Origin: Tubulanus polymorphus
Taxonomy: Eukaryota > Animalia > Nemertea
Length of the DNA: 64,000 nucleotides
Direction of reading: 5' to 3'
Assembly: GCF_964204645.1 (NCBI RefSeq)
Contig: NC_134026.1
Location: 2,379,950-2,443,949, forward strand
The stretch's first letter is position 1, and the number at the start of each line of letters is the position of its first letter. The translations under genes were made by a program, and so were the position numbers. The notes under the pieces were generated by a model, which made no database searches, was not told the origin of the DNA, and saw only the letters and a list, made by a program, of their open reading frames with translations. Below, piece by piece: positions 40,326 through 53,886 of the stretch.

Positions 40326-40570
40326 AACCGCGATCACATGGAGACGATTTGGCCCGGGCCAAATTGCTACGGATCAGACCCGAGTTAAATTTGGTCCTGC
40401 CTAATTAGAGAGTGCGTTCACGCGTAAATCATACTTAACCATAAACAAAGTGAAGTGAGTAACTTCTGGAACCTATGGCAATTCACACGCAATGATTTGA
40501 CCCGTGCTAAAATTTGTTTTGGCCGGCCCAAATTTCGCCCAGGCCAAAAGTGCACGTATGATCGCATCTT
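40326..40570 (+). mobile_element. Copy of the AGCCGCGATCAC MITE family
   Basis: ccgcgatcacatggagacgatttggcccgggccaaattg...gcctaattagagag is colinear with 49904-50230 and ends cgtatgatcgcatct. Confidence 0.75.
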
Positions 40571-42038
40571 TACACGGAAAAAATATCCTTTCACCCAATG
40601 AATTCTTACGGCAACATCTGGACTTGTTTTTGGTTTACGCATCATTTGACAGTATTAGTGACATGCTGTGAATAGTTACAGTAGAAACTGCAATCATTGA
40701 CCAACACGCGTGTGTATGTTTACTGATCCATATACGCGCATTAATTGATAATCGATGAAACCACTGATCGATTGGTCATCATTATCGCTAAGTGTTTTTC
40801 AATAGCGATCGGTCACTTTTTTCGGTCGACGCCTAATGGACGCGATATCGATCGCGTATGTCAGTGTTCAGTGATCTGGTACGCTTTACCAGGTGAGAAA
40901 AATCCACACGAACCACAACAGTAAAACCGGTGAAGTGGCTAATATCGACAACATTTTCGGGCCCTGATTTTTCGAGAATTTCGTCGTTAAAAATGAATAT
41001 CAGAGAGTGTCTCGATAGAAAGACCGAACGACTCAATGATGCTTTAAGCCTTTTTTTTCTATTTTTTGGAACAAGGTCATTTCACATAAAAGATCAGATA
41101 ATAGTAAAAAATCAATTTAAAATTTTTTTTTGTCATGTCAATATTCAGTTAGAGATCAGCAAAAAGTGATTTTCTTCATCAATCAATCACAATTTTTGCT
41201 CCTCTCTTTTGTTTCTGCATTCATTCTAGGATTATATGTCAAAATAATCAAATTAAAAAAAACATTTTCATAAATCATTTCCCTTCCATTTTGAAATGCC
41301 TGCAAAATCTTTTCTCATTTTTCATTTCTTCCCTCTCACTATTTCATTAGAAAAATCTGTACTCAAAGTAACTAAAAAAAGGCCATAAAAAAAGAACCAG
41401 GGAGAAATCATTTGGACTCCGTATTGGTTCGATAGATATCGAGTTTAATATCATCAATCCTAGAGTCAGAGTCAGGTAAAACTGGTCTCTAAAACCGAAC
41501 TGGTCTCTGAAACAAATTACGAATATTTCATAGCCAAAGATTACCAACATATTTTAGGCAAAATGAACAGAACAAAATGGCCGCATACACTAGGGTTAAT
41601 AGTTAATCGGTACGTCGATCAAACACTGGTAGGACAAATAAATTGTGCTTGATGGGTTTGAATATCGAACGGGTCATGACCGAAAAATACAAACCCGAAT
41701 AAAAACGATTACGAGCATTAAAAATTGCGCATTCATCGTCTATGATTCCACACCCTGTTTTTCTATATAACATGAAAGGATACGAACAATCGATAGTATC
41801 TGCCTGTTCATCCTTTGTTCGGCATATTTCACCAGGATCAGAGAAATGAAGTTTTTTTTTATCGCGGAGAGCTCGCTGATGCCCCCTAAAAATCGATGAT
41901 ACGGTGATTAGTATTATCTACAACATAGTGATTGTCTGACACAAACACACACAAACCCGCGCGCGCACGTGTGAGGGTAGATTAAATCAGCAGCGCGAAA
42001 TTACTCAACATTCTCAGCAAAAGTGACAGCAATACGGG

Positions 42039-43050
42039 GCTGTCAATAGACAGGGATCACGAACTGTCAATAGACAGGGATCACCAGCCATCAATAGACA
42101 GGGATCACTTGCTGTCAATAGACAGGGATCACTTGCTGTCAATAGACAGGGATCACGAGCCATCAATAGACAGGGATCACTAGCTGTCAATAGACAGGGG
42201 TCACTAGCTGTCAATAGACAGGGAGCACTAGCTGTCAATAGACAGGGATCACTAGCTGTCAATAGACAGGGATCACCAGCCATTAATAGACAGGGATCAC
42301 TAGCTGTTAATAGACAGGGATCATGAGCTGTCAATAGACAGGGAGCACTAGCTGTCAATAGACAGGGAGCACTAGCTGTCAATAGACAGGGATCACGAGC
42401 TGTCAAACGACAGGGAGCACTAGCTGTCAATAGACAGGGAGTACTAGCTGATAATAGACAGGGATCACTAGCTGTCAATAGACAGGGAGTACTAGCTGTC
42501 GATAGATAGGGATCCTGAGCTGTCAATAGACAGGGAGCACTAGCTGTCAATAGACAGGGATCACTTGCTGTCAATAGACAGGGATCACTAGCTGTCAATA
42601 GACAGGGAGCACTAGCTGTCAATAGACAGGGATCACCAGCCATTAATAGACAGGGATCACTAGCTGTTAATAGACAGGGATCACGAGCTGTCAATAGACA
42701 GGGAGCACTAGCTGTCAATAGACAGGGAGCACTAGCTGTCAATAGACAGGGATCACGAGCTGTCAATAGACAGGGAGCACTAGCTGTCAATAGACAGGGA
42801 GTACTAGCTGACAATAGACAGGGATCACTAGCTGTCAATAGACAGGGAGTACTAGCTGTCAATAGATAGGGATCCCGAGCTGTCAATAGACAGGGAGCAC
42901 TAGCTGTCAATAGACAGGGATCACGAGCCGTCAATAGACAGGGAGTACTAGCTGACAATAAATAGGGATCCCGAGCTGTCAATAGACAGGGAGCACTAGC
43001 TGTCAATAGACAGGGATCACGAGCTGTCAATAGACAGGGATCGCAAACTG
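42039..43050. repeat. 24-bp minisatellite (GCTGTCAATAGACAGGGATCACTA)n, about 42 units, with a 360-bp higher-order duplication
   Basis: Direct tandem units; the variant pattern of 42241-42560 recurs at 42601-42920. It accounts for the 363-aa PCLLTAxx ORF. Confidence 0.96.
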
Positions 43051-43370
43051 TCCAAAAGATCCCACTAATCACCAATAATTCATTACACAGCGCAATCATA
43101 TGCAATTAGTTGATGCATGGGCTCGTTTTTGAGTCCACGGTTGAAGCTATGAATTAATCAAACAAGATGAAGAACTATGTTATCTAGCTAATAAAGATGA
43201 CGATACAAGTGAAACATGCAGGTTGTGAAGCTGCACGAGGCGACAGTCAGGAATTTGACACTATTACCAGCTTGAATCATCTCGAAAATAAATACAGTAA
43301 TATCGTCGATATAATGTTCACGCACGGTCGTCAATCGAGTCCTTATATGATCCTAAACCTTTAAAAAACC

Positions 43371-43445
43371 TTAAGACTAGTCCTAAGTTTTTAGATCGTC
43401 TATAGATGGTCTTAGACTGGTCTAGGCCATGAATGCGCAACAGGC
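43371..43445 (+). mobile_element. Partial copy of the 48528-48665 MITE
   Basis: Shares ggtcttagactggtct...ccatga...gcaacaggc with the right half of that element. Confidence 0.55.
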
Positions 43446-45280
43446 TTCCGTTTTATAAATGAATTAACTGTTCAGATTGTTTTATTTGAATATGATAATA
43501 TTTGGTGCTGAAAATTCATACCCAGCTTCACCGAAACTATAGAAAGTAGTAGCAGCAGCGTCGACTAATACCGGACGATGCACATCACTGTATAGAGATT
43601 GAACCAATAACCCGATGTAGGGAATGTAGGGAACGTGAGTTCATCTTATTTGAAAGAATATCAAACGCGAATGAGGAGACCGGCGACAAAGTCAAAAATA
43701 CGATTGATACTCGCTTATAGTTTCTACCAATCACAGCGCGACATGTCTGATTAGTTGCCGCTTATAATGGATATAAGAATATTCAAAGCTGTAGCAGCAG
43801 CAGCATCACTAGCAGCAGTAGCCCCACCGATTACGCAATATTCTCAGAAAAGATCACAGCAAAAACAGATGACTATCGCGCTGTATCAGACTGATCAGAT
43901 AGTTCTCCAAATAATGCACGCATAAAAAATGGAAAAGAGGAAATGAGAGCTTAAAAAAAGCACGCACCTACCTGAGTCTAAATAACAGAGGCACAAGTAA
44001 ATTCGTGCTCCGCGATAGAGGGATAATGTTACTCCCGATATACCAGAGTAAATTTCTATATGAATACCATTTGAACGAGTGGCATTCAACAAGTATACAT
44101 ATCCCCGAGTAAGTATTGGTTTTTATTGCCGCATACCAGCTAGCTCATCTCCTGATCACTGAATACTGCTTAGTCACATAACCATTTCATTGTAATGTAT
44201 ACCATCAGAAAAATATGCTCGTTGCAACCCTCTCCCTCTCTCTCTCCCAGTTCTCTCTCTCTCCCAGTTCTCTTTCTCTCTGTACTGTCATGTTGATGTA
44301 TGTATGGCTAGAAGAGATGACTATACCCGGCAATATGATACATTATTTACTGAACCAATAAACCAACCCCCGAGTCTCTCCCGTCAATACATCATTATAA
44401 AACATGCATAATTCGATTTCTTTTGTGCCGAAATCCCGAGCAGCGCCGCCGACAAAAAAAAACAACATCAAAAGACGAATTGATGTTCGTTTGAAGGTAT
44501 AGCAAGCGGTCTATCTCTCTCTCTTCATAGACAGGTGATAGAATACGAGCGGCAGATTGAGGGGCCGAGTTGAAGTCGATTACTGTTGTTTCTACGATAT
44601 GGGATATTATCGATACGATTTTCGTCGATACAATTATCGTCTATCGTCGATATGAAACTCGTCCACCGAGAACGAATCACACTTGACCGCGGCCGGTTTA
44701 GAAACGAGAGACCTCCGAAATCGGACGCCGACTCGACCGCTGACGACAAAAATCTGCACGCGAAGAAACGTCTTCGGTGTGAATAAACGGATCGATGTAA
44801 AATGTGTCTTACGCACCAGTGCAATATGATGCACGAGGGACCTAAAGCCAACACGTCAATACCACCAATATCTACACAGATGAATATTTAATCGCAAAAT
44901 TCCCGGCAAAAATACAAGCTTCATCAAGCACTAATGTGTCATGGGTTATCAATGCACTTAATAATTCCCTGTGCTCAGCGGTCGGGCATCTAAAACGCAT
45001 TATTCACAACACTTTAATCTGTTTTCGTTTGATTTATTTAGCTTTGAATGTCTTCGGCTCCTAATTTCTTTAAAACCCGCCGACGATATTGGCAATATGT
45101 AATTGGGAAAACAAGAGAAGCAGAAAACTGCGTCCTATCGATCGTAATATCGGGCGAAATAAAGCCGACATTAAGGGGGCACAATTGTAAATTGATGAAG
45201 CCAGCGATGATTTTGATCATCAGTTGTCAGGAAACGAGTCGAAAGACCTATAAATCTATGGGCATTGCTCGAGGCAGAAG

Positions 45281-45443
<163 letters not shown>

Positions 45444-45782
45444 CGCCAGCGGGATATCCCGCAGCACGGATCACGTGCAAATAAAGCAACAGGTTACAGC
45501 GAAATTAGATCGTTCAACAAAACAACGATTCATGTCACAAACACCTCGATACAAAAACAGTGAGGACACAATATCGCCTGCCATCGTCCCAATTACCCAT
45601 GTGAATCATGCCTTCAAGGAGTGAGGAGTGAGGAGTGAGGAGGAATGAGTGAATGGAATCTTTTAAACTTTTAATAGTCAATAGGAATACATATATGCTT
45701 CGTTCAATTACAGGAACTAATAATCTTCGACAAATCTTTGACGACACTATACGAGATTAAATAATCGTTTTGTCAGCGAGAC

Positions 45783-45801
45783 AGAGAGGGAGAGGAAGGA
45801 G

Positions 45802-45870
<69 letters not shown>

Positions 45871-46110
45871 AGGGAGAGAGGGATAGAGAGGAAGAGGGAG
45901 AGAGGGAGAGAGAGAGGGAGAGAGCGGGAGAGAGGGAGAGGGAGAGAGGGAGAGAGCGGGAGAGAGGGAGAGAGAGGGAGAGGGAGAGAGAGGGAGAGAG
46001 AGAGAGGGAGAGGAAGAGAGGGAGATGGAAAGGGAGAGGGAGAGAGGAAGAGGGAGAGAGGGAGAGAGAGAGGGAGAGAGAGGGAGATGGAAAGGGAGAG
46101 GGAGGGAGAT
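45783..46110. repeat. Polypurine (GA)n/(GGGAGA)n low-complexity tract
   Basis: About 330 nt, almost entirely purine on the plus strand. Confidence 0.95.
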
Positions 46111-48205
46111 ACTCACACGATACATCAATACTGATCAACATCGAATGCACTGATGAAGAATAAGAAACAGGCGAAGGATGACGTCTTGATCGCGCGGCGA
46201 TATTTTTTGCGCCAACGCCGTCGTCAGATCTCGGCTAACCCGATCAATCATTTTGCCAATGTTCCATTTGCTTGCGTTCCGAAACCCCCCTCGAATCGAT
46301 CAATGACACAAAGTAATAAGAATTGATCACCGATCTCTCTCTTTGTCTCCGTATAATGACTCACGAGCGAATTTAAATAAAATATCTCGCGTTCCGTTTC
46401 TTACGTCTCGATAGCGAGAAACACGAGATATCGATACGATCCATCGATACGCACAAATATGTCGATTATCGCAATTAAACCGAGTCGATTCGAAACGATA
46501 CGAAACGTCTGAAAAACCGTTCAATTATGAACTGATCAAACGATCTTCGTTGTATTCGCGATCGATAAACCACGTTATTAAGACCAAAAAACCAATTTCA
46601 AATGGACCGATTCAGACTGACCAAAATACCAATCCAGTTCCATTCAAGATTTTAGAACGGACCAGTTTTCTGTGCGTGAATATACAACCTGGAATTGCTT
46701 TTAATCGGAGTGTTGCATCTAGCTGGACCAGTGATGACCAGTGATTTGGTTCGTTCCAGGTACGCACCCAATTGCGATGGGCTAACTAAGCGATAGTCCG
46801 TACACGGACTTTCAGAATTCAAGATGGCGCAAGATGAAAGAAATAACATAATCATTTGCCAGGATTATCATTAGTGAAACGAGTAGATGTTGAATACAGC
46901 AAATAACATTATCGTGTATTTCTTGACCAATCCGTGAATTATCACCGATAAAGATGTGACGAATAGATATCACAAATATCAAAGAAGTCAAATATCATTT
47001 ATCAATCAATCAATCACATTAATAATCAATCAGCGAATTCAATCAATAAATCATAACGTTCATACGTGCTCCATCACCATTCGGTCGCGTATCTATAGCA
47101 ACCAATGGCAGAAAATTCATGAGTGTGCACGCTGGCAGAAACATTAATGATTCTGAAGCAAAAGCAATGCAATACAAGCAATTATCGAAACATCGAAGTC
47201 TGTTGGCGTCCATCTCATCTCGTCTCTCCGTCGTTGTCGTCGTGTATGATCAGGCGAGAGGTTCAACCCGAATGTAATCCAGCCGATAATCTATTAACAA
47301 AACAAACAGCTGCACCGACAATCCCTGCAACAATGCGCTAATAGCATTCTGGCGATACCGATCGATCGCATGTCGATTTGACAAAAACAGAAGGAAAAAA
47401 AAAGTAGGGTCGTTGGGGGGGAGGGGGCGTAGGGCTATGATGGTTTCGTCTTCAATTTGCGATTCAATCTTTTTTCTAAGAAATCGCGCGTCGTGAAGCT
47501 AACAGTGAAAGTATCGCACCGATTCAATTAGAAATCTACAGAACAACGAGACACTTAAAAACCCGATACCTCTCAATATTTTCAGAAGTTTGAACTTCAA
47601 CATTTTTAATTGCGCTTAACAAACCAATCCCCATATGACTACAATTTATTCACAAAGATAATGACTAAAAAAAAATGTTGGGAGTGGTTTTCGATTCTCA
47701 TGAAATAATATATATAAATATATATATATATATGTTTCTTGTAAAAGGTCAATAAAACTTCCACCCATCCAAGTTTAGTGACTGAAACAATCTTTATGTA
47801 GGTTTCCCTTTCTATTTGGGATTAGGTCATCTCGATGGATTTTACAGGAAGCCTAAAGAAATCATGATTCACAATGTCTCACAAACACAATGATAGCACT
47901 GATAATGCTTCGTCGAAAAGGATATCAAGGGTCACCTTCGGCAAAGACATCTAAATATGAGCGATGGTTATTCAATTACATCAATTTGACCAACCGAATG
48001 GGTGGGGTGCAACAATGGGTGCTGAAATATCCTTTATGAAGTATCATGACCTCAATAAGTGAGTATCATGACTTCAATATTTTCATATCAGCTTCATTGG
48101 ATTCGCTTGAAATGGTTTACGCAAGAATGACGATTGCCTGGGCTGAAATTTATAGATGTGGGGGCAAAATGAGCCCCGAGGACATTTTACAAATTAGTCG
48201 GTTAA

Positions 48206-48497
48206 CCCTTTCAGTGCGTCTATATCGAAGTGCGGTGTATTAATCGGTGATGGGCTTTGCTAGTACACTGCATCGCAGTGTATTGATATTATTAATAATT
48301 TGTTTTTATCTCTATCAAAAGATGGCAGCACTTGTCAAACATAGTGAACTTTTAGTAACTAACGATACACCGCGTCATGGTGTAGACGCACCAAAGTGGT
48401 GCGCCCGTTCTTCAACACTTTGGGGTGGATGGAATCTTTATGAATTTTCAAATTATCTCCAACACTTTTGGGTATTAATTAGTCAGCACTGAAAGGG
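48206..48497. mobile_element. piggyBac-like MITE
   Basis: TTAA|CCCTTTCAGTGC...GCACTGAAAGGG|TTAA: perfect 12-bp TIR, CCC/GGG ends and TTAA TSD. Confidence 0.85.
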
Positions 48498-48527
48498 TTA
48501 ATAGCATGGTTTCTCATTGATACTCTG

Positions 48528-48665
48528 GGGCCAGTTGCACAGTCGTGACTTAAGTCAAAAAGTGGTCTTAAATCTAAAGACTGGTCTTAAGTTGTTAGAT
48601 TGGCTATAGAACTTAGTTGGTCTTAGACTGGTCTTATGTCTAAACCATGACTATGCAACAGGCCC
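48528..48665. mobile_element. PIF/Harbinger-like MITE with CTG TSD
   Basis: CTG|GGGCCAGTTGCACAGTCGTG...CATGACTATGCAACAGGCCC|CTG. Confidence 0.75.
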
Positions 48666-49468
48666 CTGGTGTTTATCATCCACGTTAAGGATTTACCCCA
48701 ACTTTGGAACCAAGTCTCCAAGAAACCTGGCCTGCTATTTTGCATAAATATTAAGGAGGGCAGAAACGCTGGTTGAACGCAAGGGCGGGAAAGATTTCGG
48801 TTTGAAGGTTCTCATTTTTTTTCAGACATTTATATCGTCTGAAAGGGAAATACACATCAATACACTGAGAACACACGGGAACACGTCATACGAATAACCC
48901 CTATAAGACCCAAAAGAGATATTCACAAAAAAAGAGCAAACATCTAAGCTAAAATTACTGGTCCAAATATACGCCAATATAAATCATTTATACCACATAA
49001 AACTAGAATGAGAATCTCCTGATATCGATCAGAATGATCCCGCGAACAAGATGCGAAGATTCAAGGAACTCGATTCCTCGAATCGCGCGACAACTTTTCT
49101 CCACTAAAGCGATCGATGATTTTCGTTATCCGATGAGAATTCGGCTGTTAGCCGGTCAAAACTAAAAACAAACCACCGATAACAACATCGGGCTACATCA
49201 TATCCGGAAGAATAACATCAGACGCTCCATTTTTATGAGCGACCGAAGTCAAACGCGTGTTGTTATTCGAGAACATGGAAACATCATCACAGCGTCGACG
49301 GATTACATTCGTACATCCATCCGTCAATTTACAACATCAACATCAATCAATTCGTAGAGAAAATGGACCGACTGGTCTGATCGGGCATGATTGATTTTTC
49401 TCTAGGTGATTCTCAACAGATTGGCCTCGTCGACTGATCGTACACCGCGATCCTCCGCAATCGCACGC

Positions 49469-49878
49469 ATCGTATGACGATATACGATCAGATCTTCATC
49501 GTATGACAATCTACGATCGGATCTTGATCGTATGACGATCTACGATCAGATCTTCATCGTATGACGATCTACGATCAGATCTTCATCGTATGACGATCTA
49601 CGATCAGATCTTCATCGTATGACGATCTACGATCAGATCTTCATCGTATGACGATATACGATCAGATCTTCATCATATGACGATCTATGATCAGATCTTC
49701 ATCGTATGACGATCTACGTTCAGATCTTCATCGTATGACGATCTACGATCAGATCTTCATCGTATGACGATCTACGATCAGATCTTCATCGTATGACGAT
49801 CTAAGATTAGATCTTCATCGTATGACGATATACGATCAGATCTTCATCGTATGACAATATAGGATCTGATCTTCATCG
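49469..49878. repeat. 29-bp minisatellite (ATCGTATGACGATCTACGATCAGATCTTC)n, about 14 units
   Basis: Direct tandem copies with few substitutions. Confidence 0.95.
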
Positions 49879-49903
49879 CGGCTAGTTCTGTACTGGATAC
49901 TTA

Positions 49904-50230
49904 AGCCGCGATCACACGGAGACGATTTGGCCCGCGCCAAATTGGCACGGATCAGGCACGGGCCAAATTTGGCCCGTGCCTAATTAGAGAGCGCGTTCAC
50001 ACGCAAACCATCCACTCGATACTAAACCATGCTCAAACAAAGCGAAGTGGATCATTTCAGGTACTAGTTGCAATTCAAACGCGATCATTTGTCCAGTGCT
50101 AAAATTAGGCTCGGGCCAGGTCCGATGATTTTGGTCGGGCCAAACAGGCCCGGGCCCATTTGGCACCCGTGTGAACAGTTGTTCCGGGCCAAATTTGGCA
50201 CGAGCCAAAAATGCTCGTGTGATCGCGGCT
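49904..50230 (+). mobile_element. Best-preserved copy of the AGCCGCGATCAC MITE family (Harbinger-like)
   Basis: Perfect 15-bp TIR AGCCGCGATCACACG / CGTGTGATCGCGGCT; internal GGCCAAATTTGGC palindromic repeats; flanks TTA/TTT, so the TSD is imperfect. Confidence 0.82.
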
Positions 50231-51542
50231 TTTATCTACCCAACATGAGGTTAACTCTAACATTCCTAGAACCGACTGAGGAAAGAAGAGGACTGACCAC
50301 AGTATTATTTATACACTACATTATTTAGAACGTTGAAGCGTTCTCACCAGTGAAAAGTTCTAAAATAGAACAGCGGAACAGTCTAGACCAACTGAAAAGA
50401 TTAATCCAGTTCACTCTAAATATTGGAACGAACTAGTTCTTATGTGTGTGATGAAATGACTTTGCTTTAGTCCACACAACGAGCCAAACGAACTAACTCG
50501 TGTGAGCAGGGTTAGAACTATCGTGCAAAACCAGTCCTTGGAAGTAAGGTGAATCAGAAATTGTCTATCATGGCTTTAAAACAGAACGCTTGTTTTTTTT
50601 TCCTTCGCACAAACGTTAACCGGTGACTGTGAGCAGCGGAGGGGCTACGACGACGACGAACCCTAGTTACTGACACGAATGTACACACATCATCAACCGT
50701 AATCAATGTACGCAATAATCGACAGTTTTAAATGCTGAAAATTCCCATTAACCGGCGACATCGCCGGAGAAAACAATTTATTTCTAGCCGATCTGATTAA
50801 CGAGTAAATCGGTTAATCTCGGCGTAAAACCGAATGAATGTTACTAATGTGGTTCAATAAACTTACGATTAAATGGTATATTTTCATTATATGTTGACAG
50901 GTTAAACGTGCGGTCGACTACGGCGTAACCCGAGTTCAATCAAACAGCAAACAAAAACAAATTTGTATTCGTCATGATTGAATTATGAAACCCCCGAAAT
51001 CAAACGGAAAGTTACCTAACTGAGCAGCATCGATGAACTTATAATCATAGTAAATGACCGGTAATAATCGGGTGTTATTTATTCTAAAAACCTCCAGCAA
51101 ACAACAAACATCCAGAAATAGAGTTTTGGGTAGGGTTTGGGAGAAATTATGTCGAAGGTAGTTCGATAGATGAAGATGAGAGTTATGCCATAAGACATTT
51201 ATGTTTAGAGTTAAAGAGATTTATGGTCAAAGGTGCACCCAAAACCAAGATTGTGTATCTAACATCAATTCAATTCAATTTATTTTATTGTGTATAAATC
51301 GGACTAATAATAGTTAGTTAATGATTTCAATACGTCCAATACCGTGTTTTTCTGAATGAGATACATGTATATTTATATCCATGTCATTACAGCTTTTCTG
51401 AGGCTCTATCCGATACGTCCTCGCAGTTATTTCATTTGTCCGATATCCTGAAGATGGCGCTGCTCTTCATTCAAAACAAACTCAGGGAAATTAATCGAAC
51501 CCCTGGGAAGATGGACTCCAGAAACAATTGAAACGTTTAAAA

Positions 51543-51720
51543 ACCTAACGCACATGACACGGAGAAACACAGAGATACAGAAACAACACGGAACAAACAC
51601 GTCTGATCCAGGAAATGTGTCATGTTTCTCGTTTCTCATAAACATAAACATTACAGGGAAACACTCAGAAACATGTTTCTGTCTCCTGTTTCTGTTTCCT
51701 TACATCGTGTGCGTTGGGCT
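51543..51720. mobile_element. MITE with GAAAC/GTTTC subterminal repeats
   Basis: Imperfect inverted ends AACCTAACGCACATGA / TCGTGTGCGTTGGGCT. Confidence 0.55.
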
Positions 51721-52138
51721 TAGGAGGCAGAAACTAAAGTAGGCTTAGTCGGTGATATGTATATGAACGTTTGCTGAAGCATTATTAAAAACGCTGAATG
51801 ACTGAACAAATTATCGAACCAATAATACAAGTCAAATGATAATGATTTTTGATGCGAGATGGCATCCGCAGTGGTCGGGCGCAACCATCAATCACCGTGA
51901 ATGATGATAATAAGAGGCCAATCGCGATGAAACATATGAGAGCAGCACCGGCGCTGCGAGCATTACCAGCACCAGCTACAGCCATATAGTCGTCGAACTA
52001 TCGGCGTCGCCAAAACTTACGAACAAACAAACCTATCACACACACACATGTTAATAGCCCTCAGACACGAAACACCGCGGCAACACAAACACAACAATGA
52101 CACAGCCGTACGTAACCGATAGCAACACAATGACTTAC

Positions 52139-52249
52139 CTCCGGTGTGTTCTTCTTGAATTCGCGACTTTGTTCGACGAGGCGTTTTCTCGATACGTCGC
52201 TTTCGTCTTGACGAGCGGCTAAATCTGTGGCAGTTGTGTCTAATTCTTT
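52139..52249 (-). CDS. CUX1: CUX/CASP N-terminal exon, equivalent to vertebrate exon 2
   Basis: 111 nt, phase 0-0. [37 protein letters not shown]; TTTCAG acceptor, GAG|GTAAGT donor. Confidence 0.96.
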
Positions 52250-52317
52250 CTGAAATATCAGCAAAAAAGAGACGAGATTGTCAGTTATTCGCATATCCAA
52301 TCGGCCATCTGTTTTTA

Positions 52318-52560
52318 AGACCAAGACAGGGAAACATGGAAACAGAAACACGTTTCTGAGCGTTTCCCTACGAGAAACGAGAAACATGGTTTTGAGAAAC
52401 AATGTTTCCGAGATCAAATATTCCATGTTTCTGCGTTTCCCCGTCGAGTGTATTTACGAGAAACAAGAAACATGGTTTCGGGAAAAATGTTTCCGAGATC
52501 AATCATGTTTGATTTCGTGTGTTTGCGTTTCCCTGCGTCGTGCGTCATGCGTGTCGGGCT
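52318..52560. mobile_element. Related GAAAC/GTTTC-rich MITE-like element with an internal duplication, just upstream of the 52249 acceptor
   Basis: tacgagaaac.agaaacatggttt...aatgtttccgagatcaa occurs twice; ends in gtgtcgggct. Confidence 0.45.
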
Positions 52561-53675
52561 ATATAAAAACAGTTCTCCGCTGAAATGTACCAGCCTCACA
52601 AATATTTGCTTCCTATTTTTTTTTTTGGGGTAAAATATCGATCGAAGGTAGGTGCTAACGAACAACGTGATAATATACAGCCTCCCGACATAACGAGCGG
52701 TTAGTTATACCTCAACAATAACAATAGCTTAAACGCTATAAATAGCACATATATATATAAACTGAATACACGAATTTTTTGGTTGCAGACGTGATGGATT
52801 GGTTTGTCTGATCGAATTGACTTGTGAATTATTAGCAAATTCTTTACTTGTAACCGTTTCCCTACAGCACCCGGTACTGTACTCTGAATACAGTACATGT
52901 ATTTCCTTCTTCAATGTTTTATATGATGCTAAAATGCCGTAATTACTCAACTGATCCTGGAATCGCCTGAATATGTTATTTCCCTAATTTGAGGAAAATT
53001 TCGAAAATTCCCAAATATTTCCAAACTGGGAATCATTATTTCAAAATTCCCTAGTTTTCCTGTTCTGTGGGAATCATGTAAATATGACTAAATAACGCTT
53101 GTTGCCGATTTCCGAATTGTTTTCACGGACTTAACCCCCACAAATCTTTCATCGTTTGCGTTTCGATCCTAAGTGATTAAATCTCGTGCTTATTAGTAGA
53201 GTACGCGTTGAGAATTTGAAACTTGAAATACTCAAAGGATATTGCGTCGTAAAGATGACTGCGAGAGTCAATCCGAAGACTTTTCACGTCATAAACTCAC
53301 TGACAACCCACGTCGCACAATAGCGGCTGAGAAATGGGTAAAAAACCAAATGTAGAGATTAAGTTTCAAACAAACGATGCATCAAGACGTTCAACTATTG
53401 TCTGCTACACGACAATATTCTATACATTACACAATATCGAGAATTCTAGAGCTTTGAAGCGAGTGACGTGTCATCCTTATTAACAAAACTCGCAAACAAA
53501 TCACTAAAAAGCGCATGAGCTCGTCAGTCCCTTCAACTTCAAATCAACGTATTGAAACGACTGAAAAACTGGTTTTGTGAGGGATAGAGATGAATAGGGC
53601 TGAAGAGACACATGCACGAATCGACTAACTATTAATCATTGAAGTCACAGTGACCAACGATCAGCAACAGGCTAA

Positions 53676-53886
53676 TAACGAACGAATGAACGAGTGAACC
53701 AACGAACCAACTAACGAACCAACCAACGAACCAACCAACGAACCAACCAACGAACCAACCAACTAACCAACCAACGAACCAACCAACCAACCAACCAACC
53801 AACCAACGACCAACCAACGAACCAACCAACCAATGAACCAACCAACGAACCAACCAACCAATGAACGAACCAACGAACGAATGAAC
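53676..53886. repeat. (ACCA/ACGA)n tetranucleotide repeat
   Basis: Mixed aacc/aacg tandem units; accounts for the [11 protein letters not shown]. Confidence 0.92.
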
